IMG/VR virus record: IMGVR_UViG_3300029945_000001
Location: 62,001-126,000 of that record
Direction: 5' to 3' (one strand)
DNA length: 64,000 nucleotides
Part shown: piece after piece, positions 1 through 10,122 of the stretch
How positions within the stretch are numbered: position 1 is the first letter of the stretch
How the letters are laid out: each line of letters opens with the position of its first letter
The notes under the pieces: generated by a model
Seen by the model: only the letters and a program-made list of their open reading frames with translations
Databases searched by the model: none
Told to the model about the DNA's origin: nothing
Position numbers and translations under genes: made by a program

Positions 1-1
1 A

Positions 2-1639
2 ACTGATAATATTGATATTCTAAAAATGCCAGAAGCCACAACGAAAGCTGGTAATAATAAAGTTAAACAACATGTTGCATTGCGATATAAAACAACAGCT
101 ACTACATTCTTGGGGAATGGTGAAAAGGGTAAAAAGAATAAAGGTCATCCTGTTTATATAGAACTTCCTCCAGAAAGTGTTGTTCCTATTTATGTTCCAG
201 GTTCACCTAAAAACCACATTGGATATCTTGTTCTTTTGGGAGATTATGGTTCTCCTATTAACCTAACTGAATCTGTTAAAGATGTTACTTATTCAACATC
301 TAAACGAGTTAATTATGATACACTCTATAAAACATTCGGTTATAATGGAATTAAAGATCCTACCCAACAGTATTTAATGATGCAGACTCTATATGGACAA
401 CTTATTAATGCTCATGTTTCTGGAAAGTTAGAAAAGGTTGGATATAAAGATGTAGAATTTGGAAATATAGAAAATATTTACAAACACATGTTTACTAGAT
501 TCTTAGCATCAAGAAGATCAAACATATTATTTGTACCGAAAGAATTTATGATTTATCATCATTATGATCTAAATGCAGATGGTACTGGTAGATCTAAATT
601 AGAAGATATTAAATTTATATTGTCTTTAAAAATGACTATTATGATTGCCTCTGCACATTCTGCTATTCGCTCTGCTATTGACAAACGAACAGTTGAGGTT
701 ACATTAAATAATAAGATTACGAATGTTGAAGGACATCTTAAGAAGTTAGAAAAAGCGTTTGTTCAGAAAAACATGGTTAAATTTTCAACAGATCCGTCTC
801 AGGCTGTTAGAACTATATCGGAAAAATCATTATCTTTTAAGGCTAAAGGTATTCCTGGTCTGGGTGATTATGAAGTTACAAGTGAAGCTACACCCGATAA
901 TAGTAGTTCTGAATTTAGAGATATTTTAGAGTATTTTGATAATATTATTCAATATCACTTTGATGTTCCCCCATCTGCTTATAATTCAATGAACGAAAAC
1001 GAATTCTCTAGATCGATTGTTATGTCGAATATTTATTTTAGTAGAATTATTCAAGCTTTACAACAACTTACAATAAAACATTTAAATAATTTTATCAGAA
1101 CATATATTAGTTTTTCACAACCTCTTATTGAAGAAATTAATAAAATTATTAATATCAAAGTAGATGGCGAAGATAAACTATCAGATGGTTCTGGCGTAGA
1201 AGATGAAAATAAAACTGAAAGTACCAAAGAAAGACTTGAAGAGATTATTAATAGTATTAGTGTTCATCTACAGGTTCCGAATGTTGGTCCTAACAAAACA
1301 CAATTTGACGATCTTGATACATTCTCTGAGTCTCTTGATAAAGTACTTGATAAACTTTATAGTGTTCCTAAAGAACTTGAAGACGATCCTCTTACATTTG
1401 TTAAGTTTGTTGTTAAAGAAAAGATACTTAGAAAATATCTATCAGAACAAAATGTCATGGACTCTGATGAATTCCCAACAATCGGTGAGATCGATAAAGT
1501 TGCACTTGACGAAACTATTCATGAATGTATTAATCTTATTAATGCAATTAAAACATCAAAGCGTTTATATAAACAGAAAGCTAATAATAATAATCAAGAT
1601 GATGATAATTCTGGTTTCGAAGATAGTGATAAATACTAA
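2..1639 (+). CDS. putative portal protein (phiKZ gp129-like), 5' end outside window
   Basis: Frame is open from position 2 (TDNIDILKMP...). Motifs GHPVYIELPPESVVPIYVPG..HIGYLVLL and VPP..NEFSRS resemble phiKZ-like portal proteins; adjacent to tail tube and sheath. Confidence 0.6.
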   Translation, partial: TDNIDILKMPEATTKAGNNKVKQHVALRYKTTATTFLGNGEKGKKNKGHPVYIELPPESVVPIYVPGSPKNHIGYLVLLGDYGSPINLTESVKDVTYSTSKRVNYDTLYKTFGYNGIKDPTQQYLMMQTLYGQLINAHVSGKLEKVGYKDVEFGNIENIYKHMFTRFLASRRSNILFVPKEFMIYHHYDLNADGTGRSKLEDIKFILSLKMTIMIASAHSAIRSAIDKRTVEVTLNNKITNVEGHLKKLEKAFVQKNMVKFSTDPSQAVRTISEKSLSFKAKGIPGLGDYEVTSEATPDNSSSEFRDILEYFDNIIQYHFDVPPSAYNSMNENEFSRSIVMSNIYFSRIIQALQQLTIKHLNNFIRTYISFSQPLIEEINKIINIKVDGEDKLSDGSGVEDENKTESTKERLEEIINSISVHLQVPNVGPNKTQFDDLDTFSESLDKVLDKLYSVPKELEDDPLTFVKFVVKEKILRKYLSEQNVMDSDEFPTIGEIDKVALDETIHECINLINAIKTSKRLYKQKANNNNQDDDNSGFEDSDKY

Positions 1640-1648
1640 GTATAAAAC

Positions 1649-1680
1649 TGATAGGAATGGGCAAGTGCCCATTCCTATCA
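1649..1680. terminator. hairpin between convergent genes, probable bidirectional terminator
   Basis: TGATAGGAATGGGC-aagt-GCCCATTCCTATCA, 14-bp perfect stem. Confidence 0.75.
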
Positions 1681-1695
1681 TATCCGACAATTGTC

Positions 1696-2565
1696 TTAAC
1701 CCATAGCGTAATAATTAGCTTCAGCATCTTCCTGCTGAGCCTGAATACCCATATCAGCAAGTTCATCAGGAATATCGCTAGCAACCGGAGTAGCAAGATT
1801 GTAATTAACACGATGCAAACCAAGACGATCGGCGATGATCTGACCAGCAACTTTTGTATTATAATTATGTTGAATAAGACCAGTATAAGCAATAGATCTT
1901 TCAGGAACTTCACCATGAGAAATAGTACGTTTCCAACCAAAATTACTTGTTTCGGTCGGGAACATACAAGTGGAATAATAGGCATCAATAATGTTCTGAG
2001 GCTGCATTGTAGGATCAAACTGAATCCATAACACATCCATAGTAAATGTAGACAACAACATAGGATCGATAGCAGTATCGCCACCATTAATAGCAGACAA
2101 CAGAGAGAACTGAGTATCAGGATCTCTAATCATCTTAATCCAATTATAGTGGAAATTCCAAACAACATTACCAACAATTTCATTCCATGTAAACTGTGGC
2201 GTAATCGCTGAGCGCTTAGACACGGTAGGAACATGGAGTGTCTGACCATCGTGGCCAGCAGTAACATCAGTTGTTTCTAATGTAACATTAAAATCAATAC
2301 CAGAAACTTCTTTAGGATGTTGTTCGATAAGCGCCTTAAGAATATCAACCATACCATCAAATTGATAAAACATAGTAGGTGCCCGTGTGACAATGCCATA
2401 TGTCGGGAGGAACACCTGCGGTGTCGCAGAATCGATATTGACGAGATTAACGCCAAGACCATTCTGCGCACCAGCAGCAATGTTCACAACCTGATCAGCA
2501 TCCGTCACAGCAGCAACGCCACCAAGATTGCTCAGTAAAGAGCTGGAGAGCGAGGCCAGTGACAT
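1696..2565 (-). CDS. tail tube protein (phiKZ gp30-like)
   Basis: 289 aa directly downstream of the sheath; motifs such as KALIEQHP..VSGID, WIKMIRDPDTQ and QFDPT..IIDAYY..MFP. Confidence 0.75.
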   Translation of the reverse strand: MSLASLSSSLLSNLGGVAAVTDADQVVNIAAGAQNGLGVNLVNIDSATPQVFLPTYGIVTRAPTMFYQFDGMVDILKALIEQHPKEVSGIDFNVTLETTDVTAGHDGQTLHVPTVSKRSAITPQFTWNEIVGNVVWNFHYNWIKMIRDPDTQFSLLSAINGGDTAIDPMLLSTFTMDVLWIQFDPTMQPQNIIDAYYSTCMFPTETSNFGWKRTISHGEVPERSIAYTGLIQHNYNTKVAGQIIADRLGLHRVNYNLATPVASDIPDELADMGIQAQQEDAEANYYAMG

Positions 2566-2582
2566 TATAGATTATCCCTTTC

Positions 2583-4589
2583 TTAAGAGGCAACATTCAC
2601 TGAGAGAGTAGTATTCCAAACACGATTGCTACGATACCCAGAGAGGGCAACTGTGACGCTAGAAGAGTTTCCGTTCGCCAAGTCAACTGTAGTCTGAGTA
2701 ACCGTTGTAGCACTCGTGATAATGTTATTAAGAGCAGAGCTGATTTCATTATCAATGGACTTTTGTATCTGTTTAAATAACGTTTTTGGCCTAGCATTAC
2801 TTCCCGTAAAACTAGTCCATTTGTCACGAACAATATGTTTAACATAAACAACGTAGTCAACAATACATTCGTCAGAGAGGAGTGAAGAATCTGTTGTATA
2901 AACAGTACGGAGATCAGAGTAAAAAATGACAGAGGGGGTAGCATAGCAAATAATATTAGCGCCACAATCCCAAATCTCCTGAAGAACATCAGGGCTTTCC
3001 GGGATGTAATTGAATGTAGGCCGTTTGAAGACGGTGACTTCGCTTGCGGGGCGAGGTTTAGGCTCAGCCTTAATGGACGTCGTTCCATCGTAAATGCACC
3101 TTTTAATCAATCGGTCAAACGTGGCCGGAACATAGTTAGACCACGAGGCCGTTGTTCCGTCGTTGTTCAACTTAGCGCACTGACCATAGATAGAACCACG
3201 GCACGCCGGAGTTCCCATGATCGAAGATTCAGGATGAAGCAGAATGCGCTGACGCAGAGATGCCATCAGTGCAACATCCGCAGCAGCTGTATTTGGCTTA
3301 AGACTCACGTCCTGAGTAGCCATTGTCAACTGCACATCATCGCGAACATTCATAACACCATCGATAATAGATAATTTATTAGCTAAAGCAAAACCAGAAT
3401 CATAGAAATGAGTAATCGGATAACGATAAACATCCTGAATAGCCGGATATGTAGTACCTTCGAGATAAGCAACAACTAATTCTTCAAACATGTTAACGGA
3501 TGTATCGCCATCAGATCCACCCAATAAATAAAGTGTAACATCTTCATTAATGACTTCGGCCGAATCAGAAGTAATGGTAAAGTGATAATAAGAATTATTG
3601 TTAGAATCCATACCAGTCATGATATTAATCAAATCAGCAGAAGATGTGATTTCAGGAGAAACGTTGAGAATATCAGATGTGATCTTTTTAATATTGTCAT
3701 TATAAGTACAAACATTGTAAGGGAAAGGATTCGCAAAGTTCGTTGTAAGTTCATCACTGATATCAAGATATTGTGTTGTATTGGGATTATAAGCATTATC
3801 AATAAAAGCAAAAGTCTGACTAGGACTACCATACATGTCATAAACAGGAGCAGAAATAGCAGTAGTCGGAGAAACATAAGAAGGAGCAAAGACATAGGTC
3901 ATTGCGCCATTAACAGTTGACAACGAAGCAATGTTACCAGACAGAATAGAATTCGCCTGAGTCTTATCATAAGAAGAATCGTAATATAAGCTAAAACCAT
4001 AATTGTTCATCAGAGATCCAACATCGGCCGCTTCGACGGCCATGATCGGATATGTAGTATATGTAACACCACCATTCGATATTGTGTTCGGAGTTAATTC
4101 ATCAAACTCTTCAGAATCTGTAAGTGCACGAGCAGTCCAATCTAATTCATAACCATCAGCAGTAACCGAAGCACCATTGAGTGTCTGGGGAATAGGGTTA
4201 CTATTTTCATCATAAACTAAAGCACCAGTTGCTGTACGCTGATACTGGACGATTTGCGCCGGAGTCACCGTGCAGAAGATACCAAGAGTGGATTTTGTAG
4301 CGGCCGGATCAACCAGTCGAACAAAACAAATCTGCTGGTACTTGATAGCCTGATTAACAAACAGCGTCTGGTGATTGAAGAACTTCGAGGTGGTATTCAA
4401 GAAGCTCGAACCATAACTAGTCTGAATATCTGTCGTATCGCCGATCAGGGGAAAGTTAGGAACGCCCTTTTCAGTGAACGAGAACATAATAGGCAGATGT
4501 CGAGGCAGGACCGTGAAGGTCTGTCCAGATGCCGCAGAATTATCCTGAACCTGGATATTCAGAGCATTAGGATATGTATATGTCGACAT
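2583..4589 (-). CDS. contractile tail sheath protein (phiKZ gp29-like)
   Basis: 668 aa; N-terminal PRHLP..FTEKG, L.GGSDG, YP....YDSGF, HPES..MGTPACR are typical of phiKZ-like sheaths. Confidence 0.85.
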   Translation of the reverse strand: MSTYTYPNALNIQVQDNSAASGQTFTVLPRHLPIMFSFTEKGVPNFPLIGDTTDIQTSYGSSFLNTTSKFFNHQTLFVNQAIKYQQICFVRLVDPAATKSTLGIFCTVTPAQIVQYQRTATGALVYDENSNPIPQTLNGASVTADGYELDWTARALTDSEEFDELTPNTISNGGVTYTTYPIMAVEAADVGSLMNNYGFSLYYDSSYDKTQANSILSGNIASLSTVNGAMTYVFAPSYVSPTTAISAPVYDMYGSPSQTFAFIDNAYNPNTTQYLDISDELTTNFANPFPYNVCTYNDNIKKITSDILNVSPEITSSADLINIMTGMDSNNNSYYHFTITSDSAEVINEDVTLYLLGGSDGDTSVNMFEELVVAYLEGTTYPAIQDVYRYPITHFYDSGFALANKLSIIDGVMNVRDDVQLTMATQDVSLKPNTAAADVALMASLRQRILLHPESSIMGTPACRGSIYGQCAKLNNDGTTASWSNYVPATFDRLIKRCIYDGTTSIKAEPKPRPASEVTVFKRPTFNYIPESPDVLQEIWDCGANIICYATPSVIFYSDLRTVYTTDSSLLSDECIVDYVVYVKHIVRDKWTSFTGSNARPKTLFKQIQKSIDNEISSALNNIITSATTVTQTTVDLANGNSSSVTVALSGYRSNRVWNTTLSVNVAS

Positions 4590-4664
4590 TGAAAACTCCC
4601 ATTAGAAAGGTTTTTTAGAATAAAACCATCGTATAAGGATAATTCTTTTAAAAGGAACAAAAAA

Positions 4665-5696
4665 ATGAAAAACCGTGAATCTATCTTTGACGTATTTAGT
4701 GTTAAACAAACAGTTAATAATCCACAGTTAACCGAACTTATTAATTTCTTAATGGATAATAGAGATGTTAGACTTGACCACGATATTACTAAACAGATTA
4801 CATCTCGTGATCCCTTGATTAAACCAGGAATCAGTCATATTTTCCGTAGAGCTGTTATGAGTGGTAAAGACAATATTTTTTCTTTCTGTAATATTCCTAT
4901 GAATACAAATGCTCCAGAGATTGTCACTTATGACTATGTCAGTTTTGACTTTGCTCAGCTTGCTGGTAAGCATGCCAATTTATACAAAGACACTACCTTC
5001 ATTCCTGGATTTAAAGATACTGTTTTTTATAATGTTTCATCTGTTATTAAGACAAATAATGAACCTAGTGACATCAATCAATTTCAAGCAAAATGTGTGT
5101 TATCTATGTTATCAAGAAGTTACTATAATAGTGGTGTTTTACCTTGGTTAACACCTACAATCATTAGGTTTTTATGCCGAAGCTATAATATGTCCATTGG
5201 TACTGCCATAAGCAGTTCCTATGGACTTACCTATGCCGAAATGCAAATTATCAAGACAATTTTGTCATTTTATTTCTTAAAATGTGTTGCTTCTGTTCAT
5301 GAAGCAGAGGTTCTAATTAAGACCTCAAAACTCGATTTAGGTCCTACAAATGAGATCCAGGATGTTGTTAATAAAATAAAAGAATTACTCGGCGATAAAT
5401 ACGAAAATATATCATTTGATGACATGTGTTATTGTATTCAAAATTGTGGTATTGGTAGATTGTCTGGCGTTAATAGAAAATGGATGGTTCAGAGATTGAA
5501 AAGTCTTGGTCCTGATATGTTTACAACAAGTATTGCTTTGGAATACCCTCCCTACTTCTGCTATTTATTGTTATTGGCCGAGGCTGGTAAAAAGATCGGT
5601 ATGTTTAATATATTAATGAAGACCGATCTCAAAAGAGAAGTTAATGAATTTATTGACAACATTATTAAATCCCCTTCATTTATTTCTACAATCTAA
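4665..5696 (+). CDS. virion structural protein (phiKZ gp28-like)
   Basis: Divergent from the sheath as in phiKZ gene order; ALEYPPYF motif; similar size. Confidence 0.55.
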   Translation: MKNRESIFDVFSVKQTVNNPQLTELINFLMDNRDVRLDHDITKQITSRDPLIKPGISHIFRRAVMSGKDNIFSFCNIPMNTNAPEIVTYDYVSFDFAQLAGKHANLYKDTTFIPGFKDTVFYNVSSVIKTNNEPSDINQFQAKCVLSMLSRSYYNSGVLPWLTPTIIRFLCRSYNMSIGTAISSSYGLTYAEMQIIKTILSFYFLKCVASVHEAEVLIKTSKLDLGPTNEIQDVVNKIKELLGDKYENISFDDMCYCIQNCGIGRLSGVNRKWMVQRLKSLGPDMFTTSIALEYPPYFCYLLLLAEAGKKIGMFNILMKTDLKREVNEFIDNIIKSPSFISTI

Positions 5697-5711
5697 GAAT
5701 GGAGTATTTGT

Positions 5712-8318
5712 ATGACAGTTTCTAGTTCTACATTAGTCTCCTATCTTAATCTTAATTTTTTAGAAAAAGTATGGAATAGTCCTAGATTTTATTGTTTTGA
5801 AAATATAAGATTAAATCCGTTTGTTGTCGGCACCTCTAATATACTAATGAACTTAATTTCTGATACATATGAAACTATTGCATTACCGAATAACGAAATC
5901 CAGTATAGCGTTTTTACAACAGATTACTTTAGTATTCAGACGTTATTATTATTGGATACTGATGCTTGGTATCAGGCTAGTTCTTTAATAGATGAATATT
6001 CAGAACTAATTACTGTCTATACTGAAAATGGGTTTATGGTACCTAAGAGTTCTATTTATTTAAGATATTCATCAACGACTGAGAAGCTTTATATTGCTAT
6101 CGATAAGTTGGCATTATATAAAGTTGATGGAGTAAATTATAAATCTTGTTACCTTGATGTATTGCGGTTTGCTCCTAGCATGACAAAATCTAATAAGGTA
6201 TTACTAAATTATTATTCTGACATTATAATAAAATCTACTTTCACAAATCAGTTAGCGACCATAACAACTTTATTAACAAATTTAAACAATAATTATTATG
6301 ATCAAACTACATTCATTATTAATGGTGAAATAATCGACTCTAAGTCTAATTATTCTATTTCAATTGGTGATTATATTGAAATCATCACTGACTTCTCTAT
6401 TGATAAAACGGTGACTATAGATATTTCTTCAAATGCCACAAACTATATAGATACCATCAATAAAGGTAATTATACACTATTACATATTCCTAAAGAAAAT
6501 AATCCAAATAATGCTATTTATACATTTAATGATATGTCGATATATATAAAGAATAATGTATCTTCTAAGTCTATATATTTTAATAGATCTACTACAGGTG
6601 CTATAAATCAAATAACTCACAATGATATCTCGATTAATAATCTAGAATTATCTGCTGCACAAGATACGCTCAATACTACCAATATAAGTGTTATTCTTAA
6701 ATTAAGAAGTCACCAAAATAAATATATTATTCAAGATATTAATTATATAAATTATTTATACGAGCTTCCAGATGATGAAATAGTACAATTCTTATTAGCT
6801 AAAAATAGTGATACCTCATTGTCATTCTGGTCGTTGTTAAATTTACAACAATCTTTACAAACAAGTTTATTCTTTAATGTTACAAATGATACATCATTGT
6901 CGACATTAGCTAAATATACAAATGGTTTAGGATATGACTGTATCGCAAACGTTTTAAGTGGTTATGACGATACAACTATTTTAAATCAGAGTAGTACAGT
7001 AACCATCCCTGTTAAAAAGCCTATTATCCTTAGTGATTCTTCTACAAAAAATATTTTTTATATGAATGGTAAGAAGGTTATGGATACTTTATATAAATAT
7101 TCTGATAATGGACTAAGTATCGGTTATACAACACTCAGTAAAGATTTATATATTCCCCCTAAGTCTAATTGTAGAAATCAATTATTTCAACACAACGATA
7201 GTACACATGAGCTCTTTTCTCCTAAAATTGGGGTTACCCAAGTTACTGTTAATATGACAGATTTTAAAATATACTTAATGAATGATATTGATCCCATACA
7301 AGGATTTAATAGAACATATACAAAATCTTTTACAGAAGTTACTCCAGATAATCATTCATTAGTAACAACAATAGGAACAGATAGTTCTATTCTAGCATTT
7401 GGATATCTTTATTATAATAAAACATTTATAATTGTTAATAATACTTACACTTATAGTACATCTATAAATTTAGATACTGATATGAGTGAAGGGAATGTAT
7501 TATATCACGATCTGGATATCCTGTATTCAGACGATGTAACGACTTTACCCTTATTGAATTCTAGTAACATAGAAGCACATCTAAATGGATATTATTTAAT
7601 ACCCGATATTGATTACAATGTTATTACTTATATAGATACAAATGGATATTTTTGTGGTAGACAATTTATTTTAACAAACAATATATTCTTACAAGAATCA
7701 TCTAATATTTTAGAAATTATGAACCATACAGCAAGAATAGATTATCAGACTATTGATTATGTTTTAAACGGCCAATTAAATCAGAATGGTGAAATAGATT
7801 TTGAATTGGTTAATAGTTCAAAAGTATATATCAATGGATTGTTACAGAATTACAATTCTGATATATTTAGTATGACATTAGATGTCCCTAATGGTTCGCC
7901 ATATATTATCAGAAATATTATTCCTAAACAGACAGATGTTTATTTAAGTACATATAATCAGAATTCAGATAACCCAAATAAACAGGCTATTCAAAAATAC
8001 TTCACAAAAGAATTTACAGTTGCACAAGATCCTATATTTGTAAATAAAATGCATATCGTTTTTAGTCCTTATTTTACATATCTTATTCAACAGATTAATA
8101 ATGGATCGCTAGTTTTAACAAACGATCCTGATAATACCAAATTTATAAATCAGGTTAGTCAATATGACTATATAAAAAATATGGATCAGACTTTAAGTGA
8201 TTCTACAATTATCAATTTCAATTTTGTTTATTGGAATATTACATATTCAGATACTGTCATTAATGATTCAACACAATATGCACTATTTAAGAAACTTGTT
8301 ACGCTAATAAGAGGATAG
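5712..8318 (+). CDS. virion/baseplate structural protein (phiKZ gp27-like)
   Basis: 868 aa; VWNSP, QITHNDISI, LNGYYLIPDIDY, H.VFSP motifs; synteny. Confidence 0.6.
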   Translation: MTVSSSTLVSYLNLNFLEKVWNSPRFYCFENIRLNPFVVGTSNILMNLISDTYETIALPNNEIQYSVFTTDYFSIQTLLLLDTDAWYQASSLIDEYSELITVYTENGFMVPKSSIYLRYSSTTEKLYIAIDKLALYKVDGVNYKSCYLDVLRFAPSMTKSNKVLLNYYSDIIIKSTFTNQLATITTLLTNLNNNYYDQTTFIINGEIIDSKSNYSISIGDYIEIITDFSIDKTVTIDISSNATNYIDTINKGNYTLLHIPKENNPNNAIYTFNDMSIYIKNNVSSKSIYFNRSTTGAINQITHNDISINNLELSAAQDTLNTTNISVILKLRSHQNKYIIQDINYINYLYELPDDEIVQFLLAKNSDTSLSFWSLLNLQQSLQTSLFFNVTNDTSLSTLAKYTNGLGYDCIANVLSGYDDTTILNQSSTVTIPVKKPIILSDSSTKNIFYMNGKKVMDTLYKYSDNGLSIGYTTLSKDLYIPPKSNCRNQLFQHNDSTHELFSPKIGVTQVTVNMTDFKIYLMNDIDPIQGFNRTYTKSFTEVTPDNHSLVTTIGTDSSILAFGYLYYNKTFIIVNNTYTYSTSINLDTDMSEGNVLYHDLDILYSDDVTTLPLLNSSNIEAHLNGYYLIPDIDYNVITYIDTNGYFCGRQFILTNNIFLQESSNILEIMNHTARIDYQTIDYVLNGQLNQNGEIDFELVNSSKVYINGLLQNYNSDIFSMTLDVPNGSPYIIRNIIPKQTDVYLSTYNQNSDNPNKQAIQKYFTKEFTVAQDPIFVNKMHIVFSPYFTYLIQQINNGSLVLTNDPDNTKFINQVSQYDYIKNMDQTLSDSTIINFNFVYWNITYSDTVINDSTQYALFKKLVTLIRG

Positions 8319-8324
8319 AAAGGC

Positions 8325-10049
8325 ATGACAGTCATCACAGTCCTAAAAGAGGATGCATCTAACGTAGCAAGTGGTTATGTTAGAGTTTATCCATTAAGTA
8401 AAATATATAATCCTAATTTAAATCAAACATCTGGATCTTATATTGTTCCGCAGGTAGACTCATTGGTTATCGATGTTGACAATGGTGGATTGTTGTACTA
8501 TGTAGAAAGTGTTAATGAAATCACAAATGTTTCTACATTGGTTCCTGCTAAAATCATTACTGATTCAATAGAAACCGAATTAGATCAGATCTCGGTTATT
8601 TCTTATGGAAATGATTTATTTTATCTTTATTATGATCCTTTGAACACCCCAACAGATATTGATATCGATAGTAAATTACATATTGTCGGTCCTGTCGGAA
8701 TGAAATACCAGATTATAGAAAATGTTGGAACTGCTACAGAAAAAGTTATAAGTCAGTATTACGATATTGATGGAAATTATGTTGGTAATGTTGTTCCTAT
8801 GGTTCCTTGTTTTGAAGACGGAACTAAAGGTGTTCATTATTTAAAGAGTTGTTATACGACACAGCCTATTGTTGATGGAACTTCTTATCAGATTAATGTA
8901 TTTAATTCTGCTGGTAAATTAATTGGTGAAGTTAAGAATGTTATTTCTAAGAAATCATACATTTTAAATAATGGTTTTAATTCTCTTCCTGTTATAAACA
9001 ACTTAAGTATTGTTGGAAATCAAATGAGAAACGATAATGAAATTTATATTTATCAGAATCAGAATATAGACAGTTTGAATATTAGAGGTATATTAACATT
9101 TGAAGATGGAAGAACACAAGAAGTTCTCCCAGATACATCTAAATGTGTTTTATATGGATTTACTAATTTCGTATCTTCTTATCCTGGTTATAAACAACCA
9201 TTATTGTTAAAATATATGCTTGATAGTGATGAACCTATTTCAAGAGAACTTATGTTAACAAATGATATATTTATTACTGGAGAAACTAATCTTATTGTTA
9301 TTCCAAATAATGTGTCTTATGGTATTAAATTACTGGTTGTTCCTCAATGGTCGGCAAATTTAAATCAATATACATTAAAGTTCTTCTTATACTCAACAGA
9401 ACGAAATTCATCTGTCGATGTCACTCAGTATGTTACAACGACAAGTCTTGATACATCCACAGGACTTACTAATTTTAGTGGAAATTATTATACAGGGTAT
9501 CAAACATTACAAGCATCTATCGATTTAAATAATTTTGATAATACAACATTTGGAGTTGGTTCTATTTATTTACAGACAATCGTTATTAAGTTACAACCGT
9601 TCAATGCATATAACAGATACATATTTGGAGATAGTATTACTGGAACAATTTATGGTATCGATAATACTCTTGTTCATAGACCTGTTCTATATAACGATAT
9701 CATAAAGAATGTTTATTTTATTCCGTCTAGTTTATTCTCAACAGTTGATAATTTCTTACAAGCATTTTATTATAATACATTACCTGTTTATGATAGTTCA
9801 AATACATCTTCACCTCCTGTTCCTACACACTTCTGCATAAGAGATATTGTTACTGGTAATATGCTAACAAATGACATTATCCCGATTGCAAACTATCAAC
9901 AAGCATTCAACTTTGTTAATAATACTTCATATTTAAATAATAATGTGTTGATTGAATTTATTCAGCAGATCAATACAACAACAAATAATACTCTTTATGG
10001 TGCCCCCATTGATGTTTATTCAAACACATATATTCCAACATTATCTTAA
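8325..10049 (+). CDS. virion/baseplate structural protein (phiKZ gp26-like)
   Basis: 574 aa; VPQVDSLVID, ISQYYD, FLQAFYY..LP.YD..PPVPTHF motifs; synteny. Confidence 0.6.
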   Translation: MTVITVLKEDASNVASGYVRVYPLSKIYNPNLNQTSGSYIVPQVDSLVIDVDNGGLLYYVESVNEITNVSTLVPAKIITDSIETELDQISVISYGNDLFYLYYDPLNTPTDIDIDSKLHIVGPVGMKYQIIENVGTATEKVISQYYDIDGNYVGNVVPMVPCFEDGTKGVHYLKSCYTTQPIVDGTSYQINVFNSAGKLIGEVKNVISKKSYILNNGFNSLPVINNLSIVGNQMRNDNEIYIYQNQNIDSLNIRGILTFEDGRTQEVLPDTSKCVLYGFTNFVSSYPGYKQPLLLKYMLDSDEPISRELMLTNDIFITGETNLIVIPNNVSYGIKLLVVPQWSANLNQYTLKFFLYSTERNSSVDVTQYVTTTSLDTSTGLTNFSGNYYTGYQTLQASIDLNNFDNTTFGVGSIYLQTIVIKLQPFNAYNRYIFGDSITGTIYGIDNTLVHRPVLYNDIIKNVYFIPSSLFSTVDNFLQAFYYNTLPVYDSSNTSSPPVPTHFCIRDIVTGNMLTNDIIPIANYQQAFNFVNNTSYLNNNVLIEFIQQINTTTNNTLYGAPIDVYSNTYIPTLS

Positions 10050-10062
10050 GTTATGTCATTAA

Positions 10063-10094
10063 CTGTATAAGGTGCCACGTGGCACCTTATACAG
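10063..10094. terminator. perfect 32-bp palindrome after structural gene
   Basis: CTGTATAAGGTGCCAC|GTGGCACCTTATACAG. Confidence 0.65.
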
Positions 10095-10122
10095 ATAGAC
10101 AAATCGAAAGGAAAAAACTTCT

